64,000 bases of DNA, taken from Nitrososphaeria archaeon (lineage in GTDB: Archaea > Thermoproteota > Nitrososphaeria > JACIWG01). The notes beneath the pieces are model-generated. The model saw only the letters and a program-made list of their open reading frames with translations. It did not search any database and was not told the origin of the DNA. Location of the stretch: assembly GCA_050011875.1 (NCBI GenBank), contig JBEKIG010000011.1:1-64000 (forward strand). Direction: 5' to 3'. The translations under genes were made by a program, and so were the position numbers. This document shows, piece after piece, positions 60,634 to 64,000 of the stretch. The first letter of the stretch is position 1, and each line of letters starts with the position of its first letter.

Positions 60634-61612
60634 TCATTTGTTTGCCTTAATATCATTTAAAAAGTGTTTCGCTGCGAAGTTCATCTTTCTTTCAACGTGT
60701 ATATTGATGTCCTCATGCGCCATACCCGGGTATATCGCCAGTTCCTTTCCTTCTGAACCCAAATGGTGGAATGCTGCGAACACCGTTGAAGGCGGACACA
60801 CGATATCTATTAGACCTACAGACATTAGGACGGGTACCTTAACTTTTGGTGCGAAGTTCATGGCATCAAAGTAAGAGAGTGTTTCCATAACTTTTTCTTC
60901 ATCTTCTGGATGGGTCTTTAGGTAATTTAAAATTTCCAAGTACGGACCTGTTTCAGCAACGTATACAGCTCGATCAAAATGGCAGAGGTATGGCACACTC
61001 GGTAACGCAAGTGAGACATTATCGTGTAACGCTGCTGTCACTACAGTCAGTCCTCCACCTTGGCTTACCCCTGAGACAGCGATCCTCTTCGTGTCAACAT
61101 CCTCCCTTGCAGTGACGTAGTCGGAGGCTCTATAGCAATCCATAAAGACATATCTATAATAGTATTTGTTTTTGTCTTGGATTCCCTTTGTCATGTTACC
61201 GGTAATATTTCCCACGTCATACATTGCGTCGTCCGGGGCTTCACCACCCTGTCCCCCTAACATCTACCGTCAAAACAGAGAAACCTAGGGCAATCCACCC
61301 TAAATAATCAGAAACCGTTCCTTTGCTGCCACTGTATCCGTGAATAAAAACCATCGCAGGCTTGGGTTCATTATCGTCTGCGGACTTTATGAAGTAGCCA
61401 GTAATTGGAGTCCTATCTTTAAAACCATCAAATATCAACTTTGAGACCTCCACTTTCTTTGAGAAGAAATCTACTTTCTTTATTTTGGCATTTAGAGGTT
61501 GATCTTTCGCCCTCCCTATATTATCCTTCCAGAACCTTTCAAAGTCCTTTGTTTTTGTTAGCTTTGGCTTGTAAACCTTAAGTTCATTTAACGGAAGATC
61601 AACTAATGGCAT
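60634..61612 (-). pseudogene. Acetylxylan esterase (CE7/cephalosporin-C deacetylase), frameshifted in a G homopolymer
   Basis: MPLVDLPL.ELK.Y.P, FIHGY, GVSQGG, D.VCPPST, HE; expected DVRGQ motif broken by one extra G at 61253-61257. Confidence 0.88.
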
Positions 61613-61825
61613 GAATTTTTCAGATGAGATTAAGTAGATAAGCTTTTTCATCTAACCATAACTGCATAAAAAAAGATTGTTTATAACAAAAAATAAGTTA
61701 ACACATGGATTAAGTCATATGAATAGAAATTTAACGGAATACTTCGCGTTTTCCTTTTCATTAGTAATTAGTAGTTTATTTTCTAATGTGGATTTTTTAG
61801 TGTTATTAATGATTTTATGCCAATA

Positions 61826-62974
61826 TCAAACCAGGTACGATTTGAGTCTTTCTTCATTTATGTTAAGGCCTAACCCAGCTCTGTTGTAGACGTCTACGTA
61901 CCCTTTGGAAAACTTCTCGATTTGTGTATCACAAATATCTTTAGCTAGTGGGTTAGGACTTTCTTTTATATCGTAGATCTCGTAGGTTGCGAATGTTTCT
62001 TTTGGCAACGATGCGGAGAGATGAATGCTTGCCGCTCTGCACCCTACACCGGACAAGCCGATATGTGGGGTGTACTGAACATTGAAGGTTCTGGCCAAGT
62101 TAGTTATCTTAACACATTCTGTAATTCCTCCCGCTCGGGCTATGTCTGGCTGTATTATGTCCAGGGCTTCTCCGACGATCAGATCCCTAAAGTCATATCT
62201 AAGATAATGGGACTCTCCTCCACAAATCGGAATATCAAGTTTCCTCTTTAGCTGTCTGTACCCTTCTATATCGTATGGCGGCATCGGTTCCTCGAACCAT
62301 GAGATATCAAGACTTTTAAGAATCTTGCCGAGCTTCAATGCCTTACTATAGTTATAGGCTGAATTTGCGTCCACCATTATTTCGATATCGTTCCCAACCT
62401 CCTTTCTAATCGCTTTCAGGTTTTCTTTATCCCTATCTACACCCATGCCAACTTTGACTTTCATCTGATCGTGCCCTTCATCTGCCCACTCTTTAGCCCT
62501 TTTAGCCATCGTTTCAGGCTTTCCGAAGACTATTGATGACGCGTACGCCTTTAGCCTGTCTTGGAACTTTCCTCCTAAAAGGCTATAGACGGGCTGCTTG
62601 AGTATCTTACCCTTTAGATCCCACAGCGCTATATCGATGCCTGACAGAGCTTCCACGAAATAGCCTTTAAGATGCCCTCTTGTTTTAAGGGTGGAGAACA
62701 TTTCCTCCCATAGGACCTCAATATCCATAGGGTCTTTACCAACGACGATTCCTTTGAGCAGTTTATCGATTATCTGTGCTGTGGCCTGGGGCACTTCTCT
62801 GACCAGACCTTCACCGAAACCTGTTTCCCCATCGTCTGAACTTACCTTTACGAAGCATGATGCGTATCCTTTCCTAACCTTTTTCGCTAGGTCATCTTCG
62901 TATGGCAGGTATCCGCTGATTGCTGTCTTTGCTTCAGCATACACCGGATATGATTGTACATCAACTATCTTCAT
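61826..62974 (-). CDS. Mandelate racemase/muconate lactonizing enzyme family protein
   Basis: ALSGIDIALWDLKGK, KVKVG, MVDAN, WFEEP, GGE, QPDIARAGGI. Confidence 0.9.
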   Translation of the reverse strand: MKIVDVQSYPVYAEAKTAISGYLPYEDDLAKKVRKGYASCFVKVSSDDGETGFGEGLVREVPQATAQIIDKLLKGIVVGKDPMDIEVLWEEMFSTLKTRGHLKGYFVEALSGIDIALWDLKGKILKQPVYSLLGGKFQDRLKAYASSIVFGKPETMAKRAKEWADEGHDQMKVKVGMGVDRDKENLKAIRKEVGNDIEIMVDANSAYNYSKALKLGKILKSLDISWFEEPMPPYDIEGYRQLKRKLDIPICGGESHYLRYDFRDLIVGEALDIIQPDIARAGGITECVKITNLARTFNVQYTPHIGLSGVGCRAASIHLSASLPKETFATYEIYDIKESPNPLAKDICDTQIEKFSKGYVDVYNRAGLGLNINEERLKSYLV

Positions 62975-63067
62975 ATCTTGCTAACTCCTTCTGCATTTAA
63001 ATGACGAATTCTTTAATCTTTCTTTAGCGACTTATAAGCCGCCGAAATAAAGAGATTTTTGGCTGTT

Positions 63068-63976
63068 TTATATTTTGTTTGCCGAACCTTTGATATGATA
63101 CACATCACATATTATTTCCCTAATCTTCTCTGAAACCTGACTTCTAGCGTTCTCAATATTGTCAGGATGAGTTTTAATAGCCCTCTCGTAGGTCTGCCTA
63201 ATATCTGTGCCGATATTTATCTTGGTTATACCATTTTTTATAGCTTCAAGGACGTATTCGGTTTTTATTCCAGACCCCCCATGTAGCACGAGAGGGACCT
63301 TGGTCTTCTGGCTTAACTTTTTTAGGTGGTCGATGTTCAATCTTGCCTGAACTTTGTCCTTGTCCTTTGCTGCGCCGCTTATGGCTCCATGAATGTTGCC
63401 GATTGCTACCGACAGCCAATCTATCTCTGTTTCATTCACGAATCGAACTGCCTCATCTATGCTAGTAAATCCTATTCCCTTTGCGTAAATTTCGTCGTAG
63501 GACATCGAAAGCTGTTTTTCATGTCCCATTACGGCACCGAGTTCAGCTTCAGCCGGCTTGTTCGCGTTATGTGCCATAACAGCCACCTGTCTAGCAACAT
63601 TAAGATTTTCGTTAAATGACAGACGTGAACCATCTATCATTACAGAATCGTACCCTGCATCTATTCCTTTCTGAATCAGACTCTTCCAGTCAACTTTTGC
63701 TCCATCTTCATCTATCACTGGGATGTGGTCCTGGTGCAGTCTAGTAAATTTTGTATTCTTATAGATGCTATATTCTTTCGCCACTGCTTCAAAGCTTTTA
63801 GCCTGAAATTTTTCAACTTCAAGTCTTGCTACTTCAACTAGACCGAAGGTCTGGTACTTTACTAAGGTTTCAACTATCGGCTTAACCATTGGAAGGTAGG
63901 CTACATTAAACGCCGGAACAAGTATTTTCTTGTCGTAGGCTCTTTTCATTATTTCGGAAACATTAAGATATTCCAT
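63068..63976 (-). CDS. Class II fructose/ketose-bisphosphate aldolase family protein
   Basis: PAFN, LHQDH, SVMIDGS, EAELG, VAIGNIHG, PLVLHGGSG, KINIGT. Confidence 0.9.
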   Translation of the reverse strand: MEYLNVSEIMKRAYDKKILVPAFNVAYLPMVKPIVETLVKYQTFGLVEVARLEVEKFQAKSFEAVAKEYSIYKNTKFTRLHQDHIPVIDEDGAKVDWKSLIQKGIDAGYDSVMIDGSRLSFNENLNVARQVAVMAHNANKPAEAELGAVMGHEKQLSMSYDEIYAKGIGFTSIDEAVRFVNETEIDWLSVAIGNIHGAISGAAKDKDKVQARLNIDHLKKLSQKTKVPLVLHGGSGIKTEYVLEAIKNGITKINIGTDIRQTYERAIKTHPDNIENARSQVSEKIREIICDVYHIKGSANKI

Positions 63977-64000
63977 AATATATTCATCAAATATCCGGGC

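Noticed and set aside
61596-61606. AGATCAACTAA matching the reverse of the 23.8-25.2 kb repeat
   Set aside because: Only 11 nt, inside a coding region, and lacking the GCCTTTT half
842-63619. Numerous 60-240 aa ORFs overlapping or antisense to recognised genes (e.g. 3234-3959, 5369-5860, 10749-11162, 28492-28920)
   Set aside because: Shadow ORFs with no recognisable motifs, fully explained by the well-supported gene in another frame or strand

Overview
Archaeal genomic window. Gene content and a characteristic tyrosine-integrase C-terminal remnant suggest Bathyarchaeia (inference). It has no rRNA, no complete tRNA and no CRISPR array. 1-6.6 kb: a visibly GC-richer block with an MFS exporter divergent from a translationally coupled MarR + two cobalamin-binding radical SAM genes, the second resembling GDGT ring synthase (Grs). 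6.7-25.4 kb: a heavily decayed integration hot-spot. It holds an integrase remnant, two tRNA 3'-end (att-like) fragments, several broken restriction/modification genes and an arsR-acr3-hgcC-like-arsM arsenic module. It also holds an unexplained non-coding locus at 17.3-18.1 kb (about 38 helically phased CTTTA motifs and three related ~70-80 bp boxes), repeated palindromic sites at 18.4-21.9 kb, and three direct repeats that each bracket a single gene. 25.6-64 kb: mostly accessory metabolism (pepC-like peptidase, GH57/DUF5752 cluster, pdxST, NfeD/SPFH, prs, macrodomain, mgtA, mmsA/ADH, enolase-superfamily enzymes, class II aldolase) with further pseudogenes. All calls come from reading the sequence and from motif recognition; no database searches were run.
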